Source: Chiloscyllium plagiosum (lineage: Eukaryota). Taken from it: 64,000 nt of DNA. Location: contig NC_057755.1 in assembly GCF_004010195.1 (NCBI RefSeq), positions 6,059,474-6,123,473 of the forward strand, in the 5' to 3' direction. Below the pieces are notes generated by a model, which saw nothing but the letters and a program-made list of their open reading frames with translations, was not told the DNA's origin and did not search any database. This document shows positions 1 through 12,100 of the stretch, piece after piece. The stretch's first letter is position 1. Each line of letters begins with the position of its first letter. The position numbers and the translations under genes were made by a program.

Positions 1-614
1 CTCATCCATCCAAGTATGCATCAGCTATGTTGGTAAAGAAGAGGATTTCTACATCTTATTCGATCCCTTTCAAAATGTCCTGTGGCAGATTATTCACTTC
101 CATGACTCTGTCATCAGGACAGAAACTTTTAATTTTAGAGTCTCTTCTGTCAGCAAAAATCCCTGTGCCTTTCTCCAATGTACAATTCGTTACACACGTT
201 ATCTTGCTAATCTTCTTCCATACCACATAACAGAATGGCTTACTGAAAGAAAAGTTCATGCAACTCATGGTCACATTCACTTTCCTCGGACACCAGTGAT
301 GGCAAGGATCAGGTCATAGACTTTCCTGACCACAGAAAATGTTTACACGATTTTCTGTATGCAGTTTCTTGCCGTTTGTTGCTGAGGACAAACTCTATGA
401 GTGAACATCTGTGGCAGCACATTCCCAGAGAGTTGGATTTATACCCGTAGAATTGCCAGGGGCACACAGTGGTAGCAATATCGCAAGTTTAACTTCATGC
501 CTGTTATTAACATATACATAACGACATTCAATTAAACCCAGAATGTGGCAGAAAATATTTTGCTCTGGGATCCGAATCAATGCGCCAAATATCGCAATTA
601 TATAGGCATTGAGT

Positions 615-1035
615 AATACAGCATGGAAACAGACCATTCTGTCCACCTCGCCCATGCTGACCAGATTTCATGAAATGAACTTGTACCTTTTTCCTGCGTA
701 TGATCCAATATTCCTTTAAACTTTTATTATTCATGTACCCATAAATGTCCTTTCAAACTTCTAATTGTACTCAGCTCTAACCACTTCCTCCAGCAGACCG
801 TTTCATATACACACCAGACACTGTTTGAGAAAAGTTGCCCCTCAGGTCCCGTTTAAATCTTTCCCCTCAAATCTTAACCATCTGTTCTCTCGTTTTGGAC
901 TCCCCTACCATGGGGAGAGGACCTTGGCTATTCACTCTGTCCTTGCCCCTCATGATTATATCAACTTCCTATGCTCCAGGTTATATGGCTCCAGCCTATC
1001 CAGAATCTCCCGATAAATAAAATCCTTCAGTCCCA
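615..1035 (-). mobile_element. CR1 LINE 3' fragment
   Basis: Reverse-complement CR1 3' end motifs (ccacttcctccagcag...gaaaagttgcccctcagg...aaatctttcccctc), similar to the better preserved CR1 ends in this window. Confidence 0.7.
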
Positions 1036-1817
1036 GAAACGGACTTGATTAGAAAGGGGACCAAGGATTATGGGGAGATGCAGGAGAACAGAATTTGGAA
1101 ACATATCAGCAATGTTCGAATTTCATGTCAGATTCGATAGGTTGAATTGCCTCATTTGTTTCTATACCTTATGATTTTATGCACATTTCACACTGTCCTA
1201 ATGATCTGACATGCATTGAGATTGTATTCGTCCCTCAGATGCATTGCTAATTGTACTATCCATCTCACACAGGCTCACACACCTTAGTCCCCTTTGTGGT
1301 CTCAATATTCTTTCCTTGAAAAGCTTTATTATTGTAATAGTTCCAGGCAGCTACACTTCTCCAAAGCCTTCAACGACGTCACAGCCCTGCATAAAGGTCA
1401 GCATGAGGTTATCACAATAGAATGCATTGTCTGTGATCACTTTTTGCCAGATTAATCCAATAACACACTTTACATCAATGTGAAGTCTCAAACCATGTAA
1501 AAACTCGATCAAATGCAGCGCATCAAAGTGTTCGAACAGTTTTAACACCAAGTAGACTATTCAAACATGTTGAGAGCCTTCAATGGACGGAGCATTTTCA
1601 ACAGATCGAAAGGGATGCATATACTCCAATTGAGAAATGATAGATCAGGGTGCTTTCTGGATGATATAAAGTTAAATGCAGTAGATGTCCAAGCAGACTT
1701 GGGCATTCATAAAGAATCATGGAATCCTCCGGGTTTCCCCTTTCATCCATCCTACCAATCCATTTGCAATTTGATGGCACGATTCACATTGTCTGCAATG
1801 CTGCCTAAATTTGACAT

Positions 1818-1912
1818 AGAGTCCTGGTGAAAGGCTTTTGTCCGAAATGTCGATTTTCGTGCTCCTCGGATGCTGCTTGACCTGCTGTGCTTTTCCAGCA
1901 CCACTCTAATCT
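1818..1912 (+). mobile_element. Penelope-like element terminal repeat fragment with degenerate hammerhead motif
   Basis: agagtc-ctggtga-a-aggcttttgtcc-gaaatgtc-gatttt followed by ctcctcggatgctgcttgacctgctgtgcttttccagcacc, the same tail that ends the PLE at 54557-54647. Confidence 0.75.
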
Positions 1913-2212
1913 GCACTTGTCATGGAGTCATCCAGTCAGTGTCCTACAGCACGGAAAGAGGCCCTTCAACCTACACCGGACTATGCCACTCAAAAAGTCT
2001 GTCTGTACTGACCCTATTTCCCTGCACCTTGCCCACATCCTTCTTATCCTTTCCCAGCCATGGACTGCTCCAAGAGCCTTTTAAATGTTAGTACTGTAAC
2101 CGCCTCAACAAATTACGCTGGCAGCTCATTCAGTACGCCAAACTCTGTGTTGAAAAACAAAGATGCCCCTCTGGATCCCTTTCTTTCTGTCCCCTCTACC
2201 CGTAAACTGATG

Positions 2213-2468
2213 GCGAATTAATGTTGCTGGAAGAGCACAGCAGTTCAGGCAGCACCCGAGGAGCAGTAAAATCGACGTTTTGGGCAAAAGCCTTTCATCA
2301 GGAATACAGGCAGAGAGACTGAACGGTGGAGAGCCTGTATTCCTGATGAAGGGCTTTTGCCCAAACTTCGATTTTACTGCTCCTCGGATGCTGCCTGAAC
2401 TGCTGTGCTCTTCCAGCACCACTATTCCAGAATCTGGTTTCCAGCATCCGCAGTCATTGTTTTTACCT
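2213..2468. mobile_element. Palindromic PLE terminal-repeat insertion (about 90-bp inverted arms) with 10-bp TSD
   Basis: Arms 2222-2311 and 2333-2421 are near-perfect reverse complements. The insertion is flanked by the direct repeat taaactgatg at 2203-2212 and 2469-2478. Confidence 0.85.
2337..2375 (+). ncRNA. Minimal type I hammerhead ribozyme motif (mutated)
   Basis: tc-CTGATGA-a-GGGC-tttt-GCCC-(g missing)AAAC-ttc-ga. A mirror copy lies on the minus strand at about 2268-2306 (CTGATGA-a-aggc-tttt-gccc-aaaacgtc-ga). Confidence 0.7.
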
Positions 2469-3324
2469 TAAACTGATGCCCTCTCGTCCTCCAATCACCA
2501 AAGCTGGGAAAAGGACTGAGTGCTTCCTCCTTGTCCATGCCTCTCGTGATCTTATACACCTCTTTATGCCACCCATTTCTCCTATAGTTCCCTGCCAAGT
2601 GCAGGGAAATAGGGTGAGTGAGGATTGACATATTCGTCGGCATAGACCCGTTTGGACCGAAGGGCATGTTTCTGTGCTGTAGGACTCTATGAATCAATGA
2701 GAAGATTGATAGGAAGCAGCTGTTCCCCTCAGTTGAAACGTTAAAGGCAAGGGGCATTGTTTCAAAGTTCATGGTTGTTGCTTTGGAGAAGATGGAGGAA
2801 GAGATTTTCCACTCAGAAGGTGGTAGGGGTCCGGAATGACCTGTCTGGGAGGAAAACACAACCAGGAATCATCATAATCTTTAAAAAGTACCTGGGTGAC
2901 CACCCGAAATGTCGCAACGTTAATGTGCAAAGTTCTGGAGTATGGGAGTAGTGCAGATATTTGCGCATAAATTCCATGGGCTCAAAAGTCTCCTGTATGC
3001 TGTACGACTCTGTGACTATTGTAAATATCAGGTTGACATAGACGAGTTGGACTGAAGGGTCTGTTTCCTTGATGAGCATCTCTATGACTCTATGATACCT
3101 TATGAAGCCTATTGCGAAGGTGAGAAGCATGACGAGATGCAAAGACAAGTTAAGTGAGAGGGATTATCGGGCAGACTCGGTATAATTTGGGAGAATATCA
3201 AGATAATAGGAAGAATACAAACAGTAATATAAATATAGAATAATTGCAGAATTGTTCAATACAGTAGATCTCGGTATTCTGGTAAGAATTACATTACCTT
3301 CGTTGCACAAGCAACACGTCACTG

Positions 3325-3617
3325 GATTAAATTCCCTACGGTATGAAAACAGACTATTTTGCCCAACAAGTCCACACCGACCCTCCAAAGAGTAAACCAC
3401 CCAGACCCATTCCTCTCCATTTAACCCCAACAAACACATTGGACAGTTTAGTATGAGCAATTCACGTGACGTGCACGAAATTGGACTGTGGGAGGAAACT
3501 GGAGCACCCAGTGGATACCCACGCAAACACAGGGAGAACGTGCAAAGTTCCCACAGAGAGTCGCTACAGTCTGGAATCGAACACAGGTCCCTGGCACTGT
3601 GAGCCACCGTGCCGCCC
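3325..3617 (-). mobile_element. tRNA-derived SINE (HE1/V-SINE-like)
   Basis: ggactgtgggaggaaactggagcacccagtgga...gtgcaaagttcccacaga...ggaatcgaacacaggtccctggcactgtgag. Contains a reverse B-box and a LINE-like tail, and has several copies in this window. Confidence 0.8.
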
Positions 3618-3924
3618 TGAATGCAAAGGTTAATGAAATGTTATCTCTATTACATCAAGGAACTGAACATAACAAGTCCAGTTGTTACATATCAGTCATG
3701 CAGTATAACAGTTAAACCGCAAGCTGAATGCTGTATTCCGTTTTAATAGTTTCACAGAAGGAAGATTGCAAAAGAATTGGCAACATTTGAAATTAGGTTT
3801 CCTGGAATTTGCAGCTTATTTTACAGGGAAAGATTGTCAGGTTTATCGTGTTACCACTGGAGTTTGGAAAGGGAAAGGCGTAGTTAGATCGGTGTATATA
3901 AGACTGTGTTAACTTTTATTAGCT

Positions 3925-4490
3925 AAGAGACTGAGTCTTGGCGCCATGAGGTCATGCTGCAGCTGTAGACATTTCTGGTGTAATTGCGCTTGGAGAATTG
4001 TGCTCAGTTCTGGTCACCACATTATAGGAAGGACATGGAAGCTCTGGAACGAGTTCATTAACTAGGATGTTGCCTGGTATGGAGGGGAGGTCTTACGAAG
4101 AAAGACTGTGGGACTTAAGGCTGTTTTCGCTGCAGAGAAGTTTGAGAGGTGACATAATAGAGACATATATGATAATCAGAGGGTGAGAGCCGTTTTTCTC
4201 GGATGGTGATGGTTAGCACGATGGGACATAGCTTTAAATTGAGGGGTGGTACATATAGAACAAATGTCAGAGGTAAGTTTCTTTATCTGAGTGTAGTAGG
4301 GGCGTGGAACTCACTACATGCAACAGCAGTAGACTCTCCAACTTTAGGGGCATTTAACTGGTCATTAGACAGACATATGGATGCAAATGGAATAGTGTAC
4401 ATCGGATGGGCTCGGATTGGTTTCAGAGGTTGGTGCAACATTGAGGTCCGAAGGACCTGTAATGCACTGCAGTGTTCGATGTTCTGTGTT
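3925..4490 (+). mobile_element. CR1 LINE 3' fragment
   Basis: Degenerate LENCAQFWSPHYRKDMEALER and GHSFKLRGG...VVGAWNSL, ending in a tgttcgatgttctgtg tail. Confidence 0.85.
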
Positions 4491-4744
4491 TGGAGATCTT
4501 AATGCACTTAACAAAGTACACACGGTCAGGACATTTATTTATTCTTGATTGTTCCAACACTACAGGGAACTCTGTTAAAAATGAAATACGCACTGTGAGG
4601 ATATTGATTAAAGCCTTTTATTCTCTCAAGATAGTCTCTCTGCCTCAGAAGGTAGTGGACGCTGAAGCATTGGTCATTGTTAAAGTGCCAGAGGACAATT
4701 ATGGAGAGACCTGTGTGTGTATAGAGAGATCTGTGTGTTCAGTT

Positions 4745-5465
4745 CCATTGTTTTTGGAGAGATCTGGGTGCTCAGGTCCATTATTTCCTGAAGGTGGCAA
4801 CGCAGCTTAGTGGAGTGATCAACGTGGCATACGGCATGTTTTGCTTCATTGGACGATGTATTGAGTACAAGAGTTGGCAGGTAATGTTACAGTTCCGTAT
4901 GAATTTGGTTAGACAGCATTTGGAATGTGGCGTACAATTCTGGTGACCACATTACCAAAAGGATGCGGATGCTTTGAAGAGATTGCAGAGGACGTTTCTC
5001 AGGATGCTGCCTGGTATGGAGCGCGATATTTATGAGGATAGGTTGAATAGATAAATATTATTTTCGAAATACGGAGGTTGAGGGGGAAAGTGATGGTGTT
5101 CAACAAAATCATGAGATGTATAGACAGGGTGGAGAGTGAGAAGCTTTATCCCAGAGTGTGGAACTGAACGGCAAGTGGTCACGAGTTCAAAGTGAGAGGA
5201 AAACGATTTTGGGAAGGTATGTGTGGAAAGATCTTTACATAAAGGATGGTGGGGACATTGAACACAATACCAGCAGAGGTTGTAGAGGTGCGAACGATAG
5301 CGTCACTTAAGATCTATTTGGGCAGTTACAAGAATGGGCAGCGAGCAAAGGGATACAGACCTTTAGATAACTGGCAGCAGTTTTAGGTAGAGGATCTGGA
5401 TCAGCACATGCTTGGCGCGCAGAAGGGCCCGTTCCAGTTGAGTATTTTCTTTGTTATTTGATTTT
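4745..5465 (+). mobile_element. CR1 LINE 3' fragment (second subfamily)
   Basis: Degenerate EYKSWQVMLQ and QFW*PHYQKDADALKRLQR motifs, ending in a ttctttgtt-type tail. Confidence 0.8.
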
Positions 5466-6099
5466 CGCCCCGGTATCCTTCCACAATCAAACAATGTGCA
5501 GTTCAGGTGAATTGGTGGTGCTAAACTGCCCATAGTGTTCGTTGCATTGGTCAGGCGTAATTATAGTCTACGGGAATTGGACTGGGTGAGTTATTTTTCA
5601 GAGGGTCGCTGCGGACTTGTTGGATCAAATGACCTGCTTCTTCACTGTAGGAAGGTAATTTACATCCAGACAAATTCTTGCCAAGTATAGGAATCGGATA
5701 TTATCATCAATAGATGGAAACATAAATATCAGGGAAAACACAATTAGTTGTGACATCAGAGAATCACAGAGGAGGCCAGAAGAAACATAATCTTTCCTTC
5801 ACGGTGAAATCACCAACTCATAAGTCAGGGCTATAGATTTCAGTCTCCAGACTGTGCCTGATCCTTAAATATAAGTTCCTAGCTGAGTCCTTCTTCTGGT
5901 CTTGTCCCACAGCAATCACCCTGTTCACGATCTGAATTTGGCCGATCAGAGAGCCATGATTTCTCATTGGGAATAATAAGAAATAGTATGTCAAGAAGTC
6001 TAAAGATTATATTATGTATATAGCTGTACATATGTGTGAATGACACCTGGATTTGCCCCTGTAGTTCTATGTCAGGCGATTGATTCTGCAACTTGACTA

Positions 6100-6380
6100 A
6101 TCACAAGCCAACCACTCTCTCACACTCATGTTTAGGCGCACACACACAAACACTCACGTATACACACACATTCGCACACACACACACAGCGACACTTGCA
6201 TATGCTGTTCTAAACACACATGTACACACATACGTGCACACTTGTCCACACACACACTCAGTCACATACAAAGTCACATACAGAATTGCACAGAGACAAA
6301 AGCAAACTCTCTGATAAACATACACAGACGCAGTCACTCTCACACGCATACAGTAACACAAACACACAGGCACATAAACA
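6100..6380. repeat. Degenerate (CA)n microsatellite; paralogous copy at about 14555-14800
   Basis: CA-rich tract that produces the His/Thr-rich spurious ORFs. Confidence 0.85.
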
Positions 6381-6540
6381 TAGCGCTTCAAAAATAGCTC
6401 AATTCTTCTAACTTTCTGATGTACCTCCACCCAAAACAAATTGAAAATGCCCGTTTCTCATTGGTATGGTTTACCTCTGAGAATGAGATGCATATCTCAT
6501 TCATAACTTGGAAGCATTTCCACGTGCCTCTGTGACATTT

Positions 6541-9064
6541 TCAGTTATGATTCTGAATCAGTTTATTAATTGATATAATTGGGAATATCACAAACTTTGT
6601 TAACTGTTTTCAAAACTTGTATTTGTGCAGCAGTTCAAAACCTGTAGCATATCAACAACATTTTCAAAAATGTTTTCTGAATCTGTGTAATATTTATGAT
6701 TCTTTCGTCGAATGATGTAATATAAAAAGTGTATAACATAAGTCAGCCACAAAAGAATGAAACTGCCGGATGTTGTGAAGAGTAAAATCACAGACCTCCT
6801 TCTGCTCTCCATCCCTGGGTCACTACGACTCGTTCTCTTGCTCTGACCCATCAATCCATTTGGGACTCGACTTGCCACTAAAATGTGTCTCATTGTAAGA
6901 GCATTGAGCAACAGAATTAAAACAAATGGAAGCAATGGAGTGAAGACTTCATCAAACCAACCGAAACCCACCCATCCAGGTTGAAAAAAAGTACTCTGGT
7001 TTTACTTCACAGTACCAGGGGACATGTGCAATGATCAATCGAGGTTCAAGTATGAAGTAAATTGGAACATTTTTTAAACAGAACAGAATGCAGTCAGTCA
7101 TTACAATTCCTACTGCAGCTTTCTGTGTACAAAGGTTTGCTTTCAATGTCTGGCAACAAATGGCCACAAATCTATCAAAGGAGATAATGACAGTGAACCA
7201 TACAGAACAGTCAGTGGCTACCCTATTCACAACATTAATAACAGTGCATACTGGAGTAATATCCTGGAAAGAACCAAAGAAATAATAATAATGAATCCTC
7301 CACAGAATAATATCACTGGTAATGAATAGCAGATCTGCCGAAGCCATGGCCACCATCTAGAAAGTGGTGCACTTCGAGAGACCACACCGTCCCCGAGAGA
7401 GGATGATAATCACCACCAAATTAACTGCAAGACAGAAAGGAAAAACCGTATCTGTTACCTTAATTAGTTCTTTAGGCCAGTGAGTACGATGCAGTATTTT
7501 AGTACCAAATCCCAATTAGAATTTAAAATGCCAATCAACATCAATGTTAACAATTATCATCATGTGTTTCACATACCTCTCGATTGAGGACTACTCCATT
7601 AATTAATGATATACAGATGATTACATGGCAATTTTCACATTTGAAAGTAATTGCTGTGACTGATTTGGCTTGTCTTGTAGGCATTGCATTTAGGATGAAA
7701 CAATCTTATTAGACATTACCCAAGACAAAGAGATGACAAGGCTGAATGGGAAGCTAATAGACATTATAAGGTTCTGTGGGGCAGGGAAATGCATGAATAC
7801 GGTGAATACATTCAGTCTTTTTTCCCAGGGTTGGGTAGTCGAGGGCATTAGATAAGGTGAGATGACAAAGAATGAATGGGAATGTGAGGGGATTTTTATC
7901 ATGAAGAGTGGTAGGCATGTGGCACTCAGAAGGTGGTAGGGTACTGAAATAGACTATCTGGAATTTCAACACAAGGAAACCTCATCATCTTTAAAAAGTA
8001 CCTGGGTGACCACTTTAAATGTCCTAGCATTTTAGGCTGTGGGCAACGTTCTGGAGAGGAATTTGTGCATTAAGATGAACCCAAACATCATTCGCTCTCT
8101 GCTGTACGACTCTATGACAATGATAAATATTGTCAACAACATATTGTCATGTGGATCAAGTGTTGCTGTCTGGTGACCAAGAAACAATCTCGCTCCTAGC
8201 TCTGGTATTTACAAATTATACAATATCTAACGCTCCAACCTTATACCACAACTGAGAAAAACATTCAATTTATTCAATTTCATCCAATTTACTGAAGATA
8301 TTACTCATTGCACTCGGTAAGATATGTGTTCTCAAATTCCAATGTTTGTCATAATAAAGTACAGTTGTCACTCGTCACCGGGTTTTAAATCAATGAGCGA
8401 GAGCTGCAGATTGATTAGTATTAAATATAATGACACTGAACTATCCATACGCACAGGTCTCCTCTAGGTTTTGGGCTGATAGTTTGTAACAAAAATCTCA
8501 GAAAGTGCCTGCATGATTTCCTAAACAATATAATTCCACAGGCATAGACTTTCCCAAGACAGAAAAAAGGCAGCATGGCATTTTGCTCCTGAAATTGAAT
8601 CTTGCTCGCTTGAATTTCACACTGACCAGTACTGAAAGGAAAAAAAAACCCCTCAGAAATGTCCGTGTCCTCAGGAGCCATTTCGCCAACCCATTTCCAT
8701 AAAAGGTGATAAATTGTGAACTTCAACAAAATGTTGATCTTCATTTACTCCAATGGAATAAAACTCAAAATTCAGGAGACATTTGAAAACTAAGGAGTTT
8801 TGTATTCAGTAGCGAAATCTTAAGGTTCAACTTCAATAGGATAAAACTTAAAGTTCAGGAAACCTTTAAAACTAAGGAGCCTTAAATTCTGTAAATAAAT
8901 AAAAAGACCCTCACACGTATTTTTTTTTAAATTTAACTTGAAATATAAACGACAGATCCCCATTTATACACATATATACATCACATCAATGACTCACCAG
9001 GAACATCCAGAACAGCAAGTGATGCATAATAGATTCTCATTGCACGAATAAATGTAACAAACAT
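6541..9064 (-). pseudogene. GPR139-like class A GPCR pseudogene, copy A (exon 1 9064-8998; exon 2 7424-6541)
   Basis: Exon 1 reads MFVTFIRAMRIYYASLAVLDVP with a GTGAG donor. After a ttgcag acceptor come VNLVVIIILSRGRCGLSKCTT, AMASADL, DCSVWFTV..SFDRFVAICC, LPFVLILLLNALT, DPGMESRRRSVILL and NCCTNT. There is an in-frame stop at 7357-7359, a frameshift in the A-run near 6985 and a deletion after TM7. Confidence 0.9.
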
Positions 9065-9190
9065 GTTTCCATACAAGGTTACTATCACCCCATGCTGTGG
9101 GAGCTTCTCTGCATCAAATACTGAGTTATGACAATCACCGAAACTTTAATTTGTACCAGGTTTGCACCTCCAGGGAATACTGAAATTACC

Positions 9191-12100
9191 ACATCGTCAG
9201 TGGGGCAGAAATGGTTGCTTGATGTTCCAGGGTTTAAACCGTTTAAAAAGAACAGGGAGGGTGGAAAAAGAGTGAGCATTGCAAATCAGAGAGTGCATTA
9301 AAGCTACAGAAACGAAGGTTGTTGAGGACGGTTTGTCTACTGAGTCGGTATGAGTGGAAGTTAGGAACAGCAAGGGAATAGCCACCACATTGGGGGTTTT
9401 CTACAGACCACCTAATTTCAGTAGAGAGATTGAAGATCTCACAGGCGGGCAGATTCTGGAAAAATGCAAAAGTAGCAGGGTTGTTGTTAAGGGTGATTTC
9501 AAATTTCCCAATGGCGACTGGAACCTCCGAAATGTAGAGGGTTTGGATTGAACCAATTTTGTCAGGTGTGTTCAGGAGGGTTTCCTTACTCTGTACCTCA
9601 GACTGACCGAATAGGGGAGAGGCCATTTTGGATTTGATGCTTGGCAACGAGCCATGACAGGTGTCAGATCTCGCGGTGGGAGAGCACTTTGGACAGTGAT
9701 CAAAACTGCATCACATTTAGCATAGCTTTGGAAAGTGAAAGGAGCAATTACAGAGTGACGATATTTAATTGGGGAAAAGGAAATTATAACGCTTTCAGAC
9801 AGGAGTTGGGAAGTAAAGACTGGGAGCAATTGTTCCACTGAATGGGCACAGACAACATGTGGAGACTATTTAAGGAGCAGTTGTTGCGAGTGATGCACAA
9901 ATTTGTTCCTCTGAGGCAGGTAATGTGAGAGTATGATTGACGAGATTAAGATTACGGTAAGTCACGGATAGTAGTGGGAAAGTGTGTGTGGAGTCAGAGG
10001 ACATATGGGAAGCACTAAATGCACTTTTCGACAGTATTCACTCTAGAAAACGACATGTCGTCGAGGAGACTACTGAGATACAGACTACTAGACTTGGTGG
10101 AATTGAGGGTCACAAGGAAGAGGTATTCGAAATCCCGCAGAGTGAGAAAATAGAAAACTCCCCTGGGCAGGATGGGATTTATCGTAGGATCATCTGGGAA
10201 TTCAGGGAGGAGATTGCCGAGCCTTTGACATTGATCTTTAAATCGTTATTGTCTACAGGAATAGTGCCAAAAGATTGGAAGATAGCAAATGTGTTTCCCC
10301 TGTTCAAGAAGGGGAGTAGAGACAGCCCTGATAATTATAGACCAGTGACTCTTACTTCAATTGTTGGTAAAGAGTTGGTAAAGCTCATAAGAGATACGAT
10401 TTATAATCATCTAGAAAAGAATAAATTGATTAGGGATATGCAGCATGGTTTTGTGAAGGGTAGGTCGTGCCTCACAAAACCTATTGAGTTATTTGAGAAG
10501 GTGATCAAACAGGTAGATGAGAGTAAACCGATTGATGTGGTGTATATGGATTTCAGCAAGGCATTCGATAAGGTTCGCCATAGTCGGCTACTGTAAAAAA
10601 TGCAGAGGAATGGGATTATGGGATTTATAGCATTTTGGATCAGTAATTGCCTTGCTGAAAGAAGACAGAGGATGGTGGTTGATGGAAAATGTTCATTCTG
10701 GAGTGAGGTTGTCAGTGGTGTACCGTGATGGTCGGTGTTGCGTCCACTGCTGTTCGTCATTTTTATACACGACCTGGATGAGAGTGTAGGAGGGTGGGTT
10801 AGTAAATTTGCCGGTGAGACTAAGGTCGTTGGAGTTATGGGTAGTGACGAAGGATGTTGTAGGTTACAGAGAGACATAGAAGTGCTGCAGAGCTGGGCTG
10901 AGAGGTGGCAAATGGAGTTTAATGCGGACAAGTGTGAGGTGATTCACTTTGGCTGGAGTAACCAGAATGCAAAGCACCGGGCTAATGAAAAGATTCTTGG
11001 AAGTTTAGATGAGCAGAGAAATCTCGGTATTCAGGTACACAGATCCTTGAAAGTTGCCACCCAGGTTGACAGGGTTGTAAAGAAGGCATACAGTGTATTA
11101 GCTTTTATTAGTAGAGGGATCGATTTTCGGAATCATGAGGTTATGCTACAGCTGTACAAAATTCTGATGCGGCCGCACTTGGAGTATTGTGTACAGTTCT
11201 GGTCACCACATTATAAGAAGGATGTGGAAGCTTTGGAAATGGTGCAGCAGAGATTTACTGGGGTGTTGCCTCGTATGGAGGGAAGGTCCTACGAGGAAAG
11301 GCTTATGGACTTGAGGCTGATTTCGTTGGAGAGAAGAAGGTTGAGAGATGACTTAATAAAGACATATAAGATCATCAGAGGGTGAGATACGGTGGCCAGG
11401 GAGAGCCTTTTTCCAAGTATGGTGACGGTGAGCACGAGGGGGCATAGTTTTAAATTGAGGGGTGATAGATATAGGACAGATGTCAGAGGTAGTTTCTTTA
11501 CTCAGAGAATAGTAAGGGTGTGGAATGCTTTGCCTGCAATTATAGTAGATTCGCCAATTTTAAGTGCATTTAAGTCGTCATTGTACAAACATATGGACGT
11601 ACATGGAACAGCATAGGTTAGACGGACTTCAGATTGGTATGAATGGTTGGCGCAACATCGAGAGCCAAGGGGCCTGTACTGCGCTGCAATGTTCTATGTT
11701 CTAAGAGGTAAGATTAAGGAACGTTGGATGACGAGAACAGTGGAATTTCTAGTCAAAAGGAAGAAGGCAGCTTAGGTAAGGTGGAGGATGCAAGGATCTA
11801 GCACAGCTTTAGAGACTTACAGGCTTGTTGGAAAGGAGCTCAGAACTGAACTGAGGAGAGCCAGGAGGGGGCACGAAAAAGGCTTTGCAAGAAGAATTAA
11901 GGAGAACCCAAAGGCGTTTTACTCATACATGAGGAAAAAGAAAATGATCAGGAAGAAGGTAAGGCCGATCAGAGATAGCGGGGGGAACTTGTGTGTCGAG
12001 TCTGAGCAGATAAGGAAAGCTCTAAATGAGTTTTTGCTTCGGTTTCCACCAAGGTAAGGGAACTTGTTATATATTAAAACTTAGAGGAGCTGGGATACAG

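Larger units (their letters stand above)
1920..2575 (-). mobile_element. CR1 LINE 3' fragment, interrupted by a PLE-derived palindrome
   Basis: The minus-strand ORF segment EVYKITRGMDKEEALSPFP...WRTRGHQFKV is the CR1 ORF2 C-terminus. Confidence 0.75.
5821..9190. repeat. Tandem segmental duplication, unit A (paralog of 13731-17830)
   Basis: Colinear similarity from taagtcagggctatagatttcagtctccagactgtgcctga (5821 vs 13731) to ggaatactgaaattac (about 9189 vs 17829), covering the 3' flank, both exons and the intron. Confidence 0.9.

Noticed and set aside
3235..3290. Orphan GPCR exon 1 (IAELFNTVDLGIL followed by gtaag); similar hint at about 27070-27125
   Set aside because: The resemblance is too short and I found no matching start of exon 2 downstream.
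6093..6439. His/Thr- and Cys/Val-rich ORFs (also 31616-32172)
   Set aside because: These are translations of dinucleotide microsatellites.
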